Origin: an uncultured Clostridia bacterium | GTDB taxonomy: Bacteria; Bacillota; Clostridia; Christensenellales; UBA1242 | Assembly (NCBI GenBank): GCA_947628205.1 | Contig: CANQYX010000002.1 | Coordinates: 4,975 to 68,974 of the forward strand | DNA length: 64,000 nucleotides | Direction: 5' to 3' | Shown: piece by piece, positions 57,022 through 64,000 of the stretch | Position numbering within the stretch: the first letter of the stretch is position 1 | How the letters are laid out: every line of letters begins with the position of its first letter | Program-made: the position numbers and the translations under genes | The notes under the pieces: generated by a model | What the model was told of the DNA's origin: nothing | Seen by the model: the letters and a program-made list of their open reading frames with translations, nothing else | The model's database searches: none

Positions 57022-58149
57022 TTAAATTAATTCTAGAATAACGGCGTTTGAAACATAAAAATCCACAACCTTTAAAAACCCTTTTTCTATTTTTATTTTG
57101 TTTAATTTTATTAGATTTTCAATTGCGTGTTTTTTGGAAACTAGCAAATTTTCGCCAAATTCCTTTTGAAAAGCGCGCAAATTAAGCCCTTTTGATGTGC
57201 GCAGCGCAAGCATAATGCGTTCTTCTCTTTTTTGATTGATTGTTAAATTTTCGCGTTCGCTAATTGGCAGTTGGCGTTTAGACAACAGATTAATATATTC
57301 GCCAAAGTTAGAAGTGTTGCTAAATCTTACATCGTTTATGAAACTACTTGCCGCCACCCCTAGCCCTATATAATTTGTTCCGTTCCAATAAGAATAATTA
57401 TGCTTGCACTCGAAGCCAGATTTTGCAAAATTTGAAATTTCATATTGCTTAAAGCCCGAGCGCGCCAAGTTTTTGGCAGTTTTATGGAAAATTTCTGCCA
57501 CTTCATCATCTGGCAGGGCGGCAACTTTCCCCGATTTTATGTTGTTATATAGCGGTGTACCTTCTTCTATTTGCAAGCCATAAACCGAAATGTGCTGAAC
57601 GCGCGGTTTTAAATAGTTTATTGTTTTTAAAACCGAGCTATATGTTTGGTTTGGAAGCCCCACAATAACATCCGCATTTATGTTTTTAACCGCATATTTT
57701 TTAAGTAATTTAAAAGCGGCGTAAACATCTTGCGGAGTTTGCTCGCGGTGAATTGTATTTAAAACAACCTCATCCAAACTTTGCACGCCCAAACTTATGC
57801 GATTTACCCCACAGGACAGATATTCTTTAAGTTTTTCTTCGGTTAGCGAGCGCGGATTTGCCTCGATTGTAAACTCGCAATCTTTGGCAAATTTAAAACT
57901 AGAAAACAATTTTTGGCACAATTCGCGCACAAAACCGCCATAAACAATGCTGGGTGTGCCGCCACCTATAAATATGGTTGAAATGGTTTTATCTTTGTAT
58001 TTATCTTTAACAAGGTCAATTTCGCTTAACAGTGCCTGCAAATATTGCTTTTGCACGCTTTCATTTAGCGAAAAAGACACAAAGTTGCAATAATCGCACT
58101 TTTTTGAACAAAATGGGATGTGAATATATAATCCAAAATTTTTAGTCAT
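57022..58149 (-). CDS. hemW: Radical SAM family heme chaperone HemW (HemN-like)
   Basis: [17 protein letters not shown] radical-SAM cluster and GGGTPS. The lepA-hemW order matches Bacillus. Confidence 0.9.
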   Translation of the reverse strand: MTKNFGLYIHIPFCSKKCDYCNFVSFSLNESVQKQYLQALLSEIDLVKDKYKDKTISTIFIGGGTPSIVYGGFVRELCQKLFSSFKFAKDCEFTIEANPRSLTEEKLKEYLSCGVNRISLGVQSLDEVVLNTIHREQTPQDVYAAFKLLKKYAVKNINADVIVGLPNQTYSSVLKTINYLKPRVQHISVYGLQIEEGTPLYNNIKSGKVAALPDDEVAEIFHKTAKNLARSGFKQYEISNFAKSGFECKHNYSYWNGTNYIGLGVAASSFINDVRFSNTSNFGEYINLLSKRQLPISERENLTINQKREERIMLALRTSKGLNLRAFQKEFGENLLVSKKHAIENLIKLNKIKIEKGFLKVVDFYVSNAVILELI

Positions 58150-59941
58150 CTAACTTTAAAATTGTAACAAACGCTTCGCTTGGCAGGTCCACACTGCCTA
58201 AACGCCTCATGCGTTTTTTGCCCTCTTTTTGCTTTTCCAATAGTTTGCGTTTACGCGTTACATCGCCGCCGTAGCATTTGGCAAGCACGTCCTTACGCAT
58301 GGCAGAAATTGTCTCTCTAGCAATAACCTTGCCGCCAATAACCGCCTGAATAGGAATTTCAAACAGATGGCGTGGAATAACAGTTTTAAGTTTTTCGCAC
58401 AGCGCACGCCCACGCGCATACGCTTTATCTTTATGCACAATAAGCGACAGCGCATCGCAAATTTCACCGTTTAACAAAATGTCTAACTTAACTAAATCGC
58501 TTTGCTGATAGCCGTTCAGTTCGTAATCCATACTGGCATATCCCTTGCTTAGCGATTTAATTTTATCAAAAAAGTCATAAACAATTTCATTTAGCGGCAT
58601 GGTGTAAATTAAGCGCGTGCGGTTAGCGTCGATATACTGCATGTCGTGGTAAATTCCGCGCCTATCTGCGCACAAATCCATAATTCCGCCCAGATATTCT
58701 TTTGGCGTGATAATTTCCATTTTAACAATTGGCTCTTCCATTTTAGAAATGCTTGCCATGGGCGGCATTTCGCTTGGGTTGGTTACGTCGAATTCTTTGT
58801 TTTTGTTGTCATATATTTTATACTCGACGCTTGGCGCGGTGGTTATAATTTCAAGGTCAAATTCGCGCTCTAGGCGTTCGGTTATAATTTCCATGTGCAA
58901 TAAGCCCAAAAAGCCACACCTAAACCCGTGCCCAAGCGCAAGCGATGTTTCTTTTGTAAAGTGCAGGCTGGCATCGTTTAATTTTAGTTTTTCTAGCGCA
59001 TCGTTAAGTTCTTGATATTTATCCCCATCAAGCGGATAAATGCCGCAAAACACCACGCTTGTGGCCTCTTTGTAGCCATCAAGTGGCTTTTCAAGTGGAT
59101 TATTTTTTAGGGTTATTGTGTCCCCCACCTTAGTGTCCGACACATTTTTTATTGATGCGGCAATGTAGCCCACCTCTCCTGCCATCAAACACTCGGTTGG
59201 GCTGGACTGCGGAGTGTAAACGCCCACTTCGGTTACCATGAAGGTTTTGTTGGTTTGCATAAACAAAATTTCATCGCCAACTTTAACGCTGCCATCGAAA
59301 ATGCGCACCATGCTGACTGCGCCCTTATAACTATCGTAATAACTATCAAAAATAAGGGCTTTTAGCGGTTTGTTTTCGTCTCCCTTAGGGCTTGGCACGG
59401 TTTTTACAATTGCATCTAGCACGCTAGTTATATTTAAGCCAGTTTTGGCACTAATTTCACACGCTTCATCGCACGGGATGCCTATAACATCCTCAATTTC
59501 CTTTTTTGTGCCAGCAACATCCGCACTAGGAAGGTCAATTTTGTTTATAACAGGGATAATTTCCAAATTAGCATCTAACGCCAAATAGACATTGGCAAGC
59601 GTTTGAGCTTGCACGCCTTGGCTGGCATCAACCACCAAAATTGCGCCCTCGCACGCGGCTAACGAACGGCTAACTTCGTAAGAAAAATCCACATGGCCAG
59701 GGGTGTCAATTAAATTTAGCGTATATTCCTCGCCATTATATGTGTATTTCATTGTTGCGGGGGTTAGTTTTATGGTTATGCCGCGCTCGCGCTCGATATC
59801 CATACTATCTAGCATCTGCTCTTCCATATCACGCTTGGCAACCGTGTTTGTAGCTTCCATCAACCTATCTGCCAAAGTGGATTTGCCGTGGTCAATATGC
59901 GCAACAATGCAAAAATTGCGGATTTTTTCTTGTCTTGTCAT
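58142..59941 (-). CDS. lepA: Translation elongation factor 4 (LepA)
   Basis: [29 protein letters not shown] and NKIDL GTPase motifs, with the LepA C-terminal domain. Confidence 0.96.
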   Translation of the reverse strand: MTRQEKIRNFCIVAHIDHGKSTLADRLMEATNTVAKRDMEEQMLDSMDIERERGITIKLTPATMKYTYNGEEYTLNLIDTPGHVDFSYEVSRSLAACEGAILVVDASQGVQAQTLANVYLALDANLEIIPVINKIDLPSADVAGTKKEIEDVIGIPCDEACEISAKTGLNITSVLDAIVKTVPSPKGDENKPLKALIFDSYYDSYKGAVSMVRIFDGSVKVGDEILFMQTNKTFMVTEVGVYTPQSSPTECLMAGEVGYIAASIKNVSDTKVGDTITLKNNPLEKPLDGYKEATSVVFCGIYPLDGDKYQELNDALEKLKLNDASLHFTKETSLALGHGFRCGFLGLLHMEIITERLEREFDLEIITTAPSVEYKIYDNKNKEFDVTNPSEMPPMASISKMEEPIVKMEIITPKEYLGGIMDLCADRRGIYHDMQYIDANRTRLIYTMPLNEIVYDFFDKIKSLSKGYASMDYELNGYQQSDLVKLDILLNGEICDALSLIVHKDKAYARGRALCEKLKTVIPRHLFEIPIQAVIGGKVIARETISAMRKDVLAKCYGGDVTRKRKLLEKQKEGKKRMRRLGSVDLPSEAFVTILKLDD

Positions 59942-59982
59942 GAAAATAGTATATCAAAACAAAATTGAAATGTCAATCTATA

Positions 59983-60060
59983 GGGGCTTTTGCGCAAAAG
60001 AATTTTGCGCACGCTTGGCAGTTTTGCCAAGCGAATGTGCCAAAGGCACATTAAAGCCCC
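59983..60060. other. Cloverleaf (four-way junction) element, copy A
   Basis: P1 GGGGCTTT/AAAGCCCC encloses TGCGCAAAA-gaa-TTTTGCGCA, c, GCTTGGCA-gttt-TGCCAAGC, g, AATGTGCC-aaa-GGCACATT. All 33 base pairs are Watson-Crick. Confidence 0.8.
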
Positions 60061-60075
60061 ACCTTCAACCCATGA

Positions 60076-60104
60076 TTGTCAAAATTTTTAAGATAATTCA
60101 TATA
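60076..60104 (+). promoter_or_regulatory. Putative promoter of the first sigma gene (leaderless geometry)
   Basis: TTGTCA (60076-60081), a 17-nt spacer, then CATATA (60099-60104), followed by aataatt and the ATG at 60112. No SD. Confidence 0.35.
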
Positions 60105-60111
60105 AATAATT

Positions 60112-60786
60112 ATGAAAATTGAACCAGAACACCAATCCACATTTCCTCTTCCGCTAACAGCGGAAAAAGAAAAATATTATCTTGAAAAAATGCAACAAGG
60201 CAACAAACAAGCAAAAGAAAAACTCATTTTGCACAACATGCGTTTAGTTGTACACATTGCAAAAAAATATTTTGTAAAAAATGAAAATGAAGATTTAATT
60301 TCCATTGGATATTTTGGTCTTGTTAAAGGTTTAGAAAGTTTTCAATTGGATAAAGATATAAAACTTTCAACCTATCTTGGCAGGTGCATTGACAATGAAA
60401 TCAAAATGTATTTAAGAAAGGTTAAAACTCGCCAAAACTACGTAAGCATTGAATCGTCAACATATAAATTTAAAAATGGCAACGAACTGACATTAAACGA
60501 TATATTAAAGGACGAAAACAGCGAAACTCTACTTAACTTAATTAATGAGATTTTGGATAAAGATCAGCTAGAAAATCTTTTGCGCTGTTTAAGCGAACTT
60601 GAAGTTAAAATTATAACCATGCGCTACGGGCTATGCGATGGCATTGAGCACACGCAAAACGAAATTGCGCAATTGTTGGGCGTTAGCAGAAGTTACATTT
60701 CCCACCTTGAAAAAATCGCCATAAACAAGATGAAAGACGAACTAAAATTTAACGAAAAATTTAGAGAAAACAATAATAATTTTTAA
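60112..60786 (+). CDS. Sporulation-type sigma-70 family factor, SigE-like, lacking a pro-sequence
   Basis: 224 aa. ...FPLPLTAEKEKYYLEKMQQGNKQAKEKLILHNMRLVVHIAKKY...KLSTYLGRCIDNEIKMYLRK...SRSYISHLEK aligns with mature SigE/SigK. Confidence 0.75.
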   Translation: MKIEPEHQSTFPLPLTAEKEKYYLEKMQQGNKQAKEKLILHNMRLVVHIAKKYFVKNENEDLISIGYFGLVKGLESFQLDKDIKLSTYLGRCIDNEIKMYLRKVKTRQNYVSIESSTYKFKNGNELTLNDILKDENSETLLNLINEILDKDQLENLLRCLSELEVKIITMRYGLCDGIEHTQNEIAQLLGVSRSYISHLEKIAINKMKDELKFNEKFRENNNNF

Positions 60787-60836
60787 GTACAAGCAAAATT
60801 CGACCTTTTTCGCCATACAAATAAAAGAGGTGAAAA

Positions 60837-61532
60837 ATGGTTTTTGAAAGTTTAGGTCAATTTTTATCAAAACTTATGCTGTTTCATGGCTATGTTAACG
60901 AATATAATGGCTACCCCAAAGCACTAACAAAGGAAGAGGAAGAAAAATTGGTGGAACTTATGGCTGAGGGAGATAAATCCGCCCGTGAAAAGCTTATAAA
61001 CCACAATATGCGCCTTGTGGCACATGTTGCAAAAAAATATAACGGCGCGGCTGAGGCAGACGAGTTAATTTCGGTTGGCTCTATTGGGCTAATTAAGGCA
61101 ATTGATAGTTTTCGCGCAGAAAAGGGTTCGCAACTTTCAACTTATGCAAGCAGATGCATTGAAAATGAAATGTTGATGCTTTTGCGTGCCAACAAAAAAC
61201 ATAAAGTTTGCGAAAGCATTGAAAAGGCAATTGGCGTGGATAAAGAAGGCACCGAATTAACACTTAGAGATATAATTCCGCAAGAGGAAGAGGATGACCC
61301 CGACCACATTGTTGAAATTCGTGTTTTAATGGAAGAAGTTAAGGCGGAAATGAAAAAATTGCTAAGCGCACGCGAATATCAAATTATATCCCTCCGCTTT
61401 GGCGTTGAGGATGGCATAGAACGCACCCAACAAGAAGTGTCCGAAATGATGAACATAAGCCGAAGTTATGTTTCTCGCATTGAAAATAAGGCATTTGAGA
61501 TTATCCAACAACAATTTAAAATAAAAAATTAG
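60837..61532 (+). CDS. Sporulation-type sigma-70 family factor, pro-SigK-like
   Basis: 231 aa. MVFESLGQFLSKLMLFHGYVNEYNGYPKALTKEEEEKLVELMAEGDKSAREKLINHNMRLVAHVAKKY parallels B. subtilis pro-SigK (...[38 protein letters not shown]...). AGAGGTGA SD. Confidence 0.78.
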   Translation: MVFESLGQFLSKLMLFHGYVNEYNGYPKALTKEEEEKLVELMAEGDKSAREKLINHNMRLVAHVAKKYNGAAEADELISVGSIGLIKAIDSFRAEKGSQLSTYASRCIENEMLMLLRANKKHKVCESIEKAIGVDKEGTELTLRDIIPQEEEDDPDHIVEIRVLMEEVKAEMKKLLSAREYQIISLRFGVEDGIERTQQEVSEMMNISRSYVSRIENKAFEIIQQQFKIKN

Positions 61533-61556
61533 GGGCATTTTGCCCCTTATTTTTTT
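61527..61556. terminator. Bidirectional terminator between the sigma gene and the LRR gene
   Basis: aaaaaattaggggcattttgccccttattttttt. Confidence 0.75.
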
Positions 61557-63211
61557 GTGTAAATTGTATAACTTCCACTTGTGGATTTAGTAAAATATGA
61601 TGTATTGTTTAAATAAGTGTTGTTATATCCACCAATGCAAGATGTTAAAACTTTTAAAGTCCCACCTGTCTGCAACGCATTAATTAAGCGGCCGCAAGAT
61701 AAAGTATATGATGTTATTTCCCTATAAATATAGCTACTATTTAATGTAATTGTGTCAAATTTGCAATATGAGAAAAAATTTCCACTAATTCCCCTTAAGT
61801 TTGCGGGGATTGTTATAGTTTTGAATTTAAAATAAAAAGAACCATCACTAAGAATAAATTTGCATTGTTCGGGAATTGTTATAGAATTTAAATTACTGCT
61901 GCTAGTATATTTAAACATGATCATATATGGATTGTTAGAATTGCCCAAATACGCAAATCCACTATCTGTTGCACTATAATTTAAATTAACATTATGCCCT
62001 AAACCATCAAATGCATCATATCCTATATACTCCACGCTATCTGGAATAACAACATCACCTGAAACATATACGCAACCATCAAAAGCGGAATCCTCAATCC
62101 TTTGCAATGTTGATGGGAATTTTATACTTGTTAAAGAAGTACAAGAGTAAAACGCGTATCCTCCAATAGTTGTAATATTTAAATTTGACATATCTCCGCC
62201 ATTGCTTGAACCTAGCAATAATGTTTTTGAGGTTTTGTCAACTAACACATTGCATTCTTTGGTTTCCGTTTTATCTCTGCTAGTAAAAGTTGAGTTCCCT
62301 TTGTCCACATAAATTTTACTAAGACAATTATCTACGATTCCAAATGTTGTATTCCCAAAGGATTTTATCGAACTCCCAACATTAAGTTGAGATATATTAC
62401 TTCTATATAACATTTCATAAAGCTTGAAATTTTGCACATTGTTACCTATATTAAAAACAGCTCCGTCAGAATATAAGTCGCCGAAAACTCCAGCTCCACC
62501 GGAAGATGGGTCGGCGTCTGTTTCGCAATTTTTCGCATTATAATTGACAGTGGTTAGCGAAACACAATGTGCAAATGCACAGTGTCCTAAAAATGTTACA
62601 TTGTCATGAATGGTAACGCTTGTAAAATCGTTACTGTAAAACGCACTATTCCCAATAGACGTTACTTGATTAGGCACGACAAAATTCCCTGAAAATTGGC
62701 AAGAGTAAAAAGCATGATCAGAAATAGAAGTTATCCCTGTTGGTATATTTAATGTGCCGCTAAGTTTACGACAATTACAAAAAGCGTATGGGCCAATAGA
62801 TGTTAGACCATCTGGCAGTTTTAATGTTCCTTCTATCGTGTTACATTCATAAAAGGCCCTCTCTCCAATTGTTTTAACATTTTTGCCTATTTTTAGTGAT
62901 GTGAATTTTTTGGATTGATAAAATGCTCTTTCGCCTATTTCAGTAACGGGCAAATTGTTTCCGTTTTCATCAGCACGAGTGTCGGGTATTTCCAACACTG
63001 TTGTAGGATAACCATCATTATATCCCACCACCTTATATTCCGTGCCTGCCGCATTTTTTTCATATTTTAACAACTCTTTCGGAGCGGTGTATTGAATATT
63101 TACACTGCCATCTAGTTGTTGGCGGTCCAAACAAAAAACAAATGTTCCACATGCCAACAAAAATGAAAGGCATGCCATTATTGTTAAAAATTTTGTTCGA
63201 GATTTAAACAT
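61547..63211 (-). CDS. BspA-like leucine-rich-repeat surface protein with an N-terminal signal/anchor and a possible lipobox
   Basis: 554 aa. MFKSRTKFLTIMACLSFLLACG hydrophobic leader, then repeated ...IP..VTSIG..AFY.C... LRR_5-type units. GGAGGAAAG SD. Confidence 0.75.
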   Translation of the reverse strand: MFKSRTKFLTIMACLSFLLACGTFVFCLDRQQLDGSVNIQYTAPKELLKYEKNAAGTEYKVVGYNDGYPTTVLEIPDTRADENGNNLPVTEIGERAFYQSKKFTSLKIGKNVKTIGERAFYECNTIEGTLKLPDGLTSIGPYAFCNCRKLSGTLNIPTGITSISDHAFYSCQFSGNFVVPNQVTSIGNSAFYSNDFTSVTIHDNVTFLGHCAFAHCVSLTTVNYNAKNCETDADPSSGGAGVFGDLYSDGAVFNIGNNVQNFKLYEMLYRSNISQLNVGSSIKSFGNTTFGIVDNCLSKIYVDKGNSTFTSRDKTETKECNVLVDKTSKTLLLGSSNGGDMSNLNITTIGGYAFYSCTSLTSIKFPSTLQRIEDSAFDGCVYVSGDVVIPDSVEYIGYDAFDGLGHNVNLNYSATDSGFAYLGNSNNPYMIMFKYTSSSNLNSITIPEQCKFILSDGSFYFKFKTITIPANLRGISGNFFSYCKFDTITLNSSYIYREITSYTLSCGRLINALQTGGTLKVLTSCIGGYNNTYLNNTSYFTKSTSGSYTIYTKK

Positions 63212-63277
63212 CTTTCCTCCAACTAGTGCTTGTTTTATGCGGTTATTTATTTTTCCACATTTTTGCCCTATATATTC

Positions 63278-63307
63278 ATGTTAGCACATTGCCCCCCCCC
63301 CTGTCAA
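63278..63307 (-). promoter_or_regulatory. Putative promoter of the LRR gene with a G10 tract in the spacer
   Basis: On the minus strand, TTGACA (63307-63302), then GGGGGGGGGGcaatgtgc (18 nt), then TAACAT (63283-63278) with an upstream TG. The homopolymer is at 63292-63301. Confidence 0.5.
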
Positions 63308-63420
63308 GCGATTTTATGCTATTTTTTAAAATTTTTTTAAAAAAATTTTAAAAAACGGGCAATTTGTACCCGTTTTTAATAAAAATATCGTTTTTTACAG
63401 CAATTTTGCTATATAAGGTT

Positions 63421-63599
63421 GAGATTGCCACATCACTTCGTTCCTCGCAATGACATTTTTAGTGAGATTCTTCGACTTCACTTCGTTCCGCTCAGAATGA
63501 CAAGTGAGTGGTTGAGATTGCACAGCGGTTTGATGGTCTAACTGCTTCGCGATGACTTAAGAGATTCTTCGACTTCACTTCGTTCCGCACAGAATGACA
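63421..63599 (+). repeat. Array of four GAGAT...ATGACA repeats
   Basis: 63421-63455 gagattgccacatcacttcgttcctcgcaatgaca; 63464-63502 gagattcttcgacttcacttcgttccgctcagaatgaca; 63514-63557 gagattgcacagcggtttgatggtctaactgcttcgcgatgact; 63561-63599 gagattcttcgacttcacttcgttccgcacagaatgaca. Confidence 0.88.
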
Positions 63600-63602
63600 A
63601 AA

Positions 63603-63674
63603 GGGCTTTGCGCGCGCGTCAGCGCGTTGGCGGTATCGACCGCCAACTTTGCCTCGTGGCAAAGTGCAAAGCCC
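63603..63674. other. Cloverleaf (four-way junction) element, copy B
   Basis: P1 GGGCTTTGC/GCAAAGCCC encloses GCGCGC-gtca-GCGCGT, TGGCGG-tatcga-CCGCCA and CTTTGCC-tcgt-GGCAAAG. It shares its termini with copy A. Confidence 0.75.
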
Positions 63675-63698
63675 CCATTAATAAAAACCTTAATTAAT

Positions 63699-63730
63699 AA
63701 AAAAAATGGAGAACGTTTGCACATTCTCCA
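63699..63730 (-). terminator. Rho-independent terminator after rnpB
   Basis: On the minus strand, tggagaatgtgcaaacgttctcca followed by T8. Confidence 0.75.
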
Positions 63731-63749
63731 CCATCCAAAAGGATGAAAG

Positions 63750-64000
63750 CATTTAGGTGGCAGTTTGGTCTATAAGCCGAGTTCTGTGTTAGATGGTCAT
63801 CTATCTAATCCATAAATTGCTTTATGGCTTTAGCGGTGTACGTATTCTAGCGAGCAACGTTAAAACGAATACATTTACCTTGCTTCGGATGGGGTTTGCA
63901 TGGACCAAGTTTGTCGCCAAACTCGCGGTGAGCTCTTACCTCGCCTTTTCATCCTTACTAACCACTCAGGGGTATAGCGGTTATTTTCTGTTGCACTTTC
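63750..64000 (-). ncRNA. rnpB: RNase P RNA, type-A-like (partial; 5' part beyond the window end)
   Basis: The reverse complement contains GAAAGTGCAACAGAAAATAACCGC, GGATGAAAAGGCGAGGTAAGAGCTCACCGCGAG, AAACCCCATCCGAAGCAAGG and ACAGAACTCGGCTTATAGACCAAACTGCCACC. These parallel the E. coli M1 RNA blocks GTGCAACAGAGAGCAAACCGCC, GGTAAGAGCGCACCGCG, AAACTCCACCCGGAGCAAGG and ACAGAACCCGGCTTATCGGTCAGTTTCACC. The 3' end is approximate. Confidence 0.85.

Noticed and set aside
59983-60060. Considered the cloverleaves as tRNA, tRNA-like or tmRNA genes, and H2 (TTGGCAgtttTGCCAA) as a sigma-54 promoter.
   Set aside because: The stems are 8-9 bp with 3-4 nt loops, and there is no GTTCRANYC T-loop, D-loop consensus or anticodon loop. 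The GG-to-GC spacing of 9 nt does not fit the sigma-54 -24/-12 geometry.
63750-64000. Considered a type-A RNase P RNA in a Firmicute-like genome as anomalous.
   Set aside because: As far as I recall, type B is restricted to Bacilli, Mollicutes and some Clostridia, and several clostridial lineages carry type A. In addition, only the 3' part is visible here.

Overview
AT-rich bacterial chromosome segment whose gene content and order match the Bacillus subtilis smc-ftsY-ffh-rpsP-rimM-trmD / dprA-topA-trmFO-hslVU, priA-def-fmt-rlmN-rpe and lepA-hemW-hrcA-grpE-dnaK-dnaJ blocks. Together with SigE/SigK-type sigma factors, YlbJ and DUF4364 this suggests a Clostridia-like Firmicute. About 62 protein genes are present, nearly all on the minus strand, plus 4 tRNAs (Leu-UAA, Cys-GCA, Gly-GCC, Val-UAC) and the 3' part of a type-A-like RNase P RNA. 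I found no CRISPR array, cas genes, transposase, integrase or recognisable defence operon. The unusual content is mostly non-coding. (1) Two copies (59983-60060 and 63603-63674) of a 72-78 nt four-way-junction 'cloverleaf' element share their outer stem, while the three inner hairpins differ in sequence but stay paired. (2) About 21 copies of an imperfect-hairpin repeat family with invariant GAG...GACA flanks and covarying stems fill 9 spacers. A smaller CCCCAC...GTGGGG hairpin module is nested inside some copies, and filled and empty sites are both visible in this window. (3) A C10/G10 tract lies exactly in the -35/-10 spacer of the promoter of a BspA-like LRR surface protein, which makes it a phase-variation candidate. 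(4) Scrambled fragments of tRNA-Leu and tRNA-Val lie in their own leaders. (5) Several orphan genes have a consensus -10 box 6-7 nt from the ATG and no Shine-Dalgarno sequence, which is leaderless geometry. (6) A pro-less SigE-like gene and a pro-SigK-like gene sit in tandem with no spoIIGA. (7) A methyltransferase gene is split at an A6 run. (8) A 97-aa Cys/Ser/Lys-rich repeat protein is present. All functional calls rest on motif recognition by eye, since no database search was possible.
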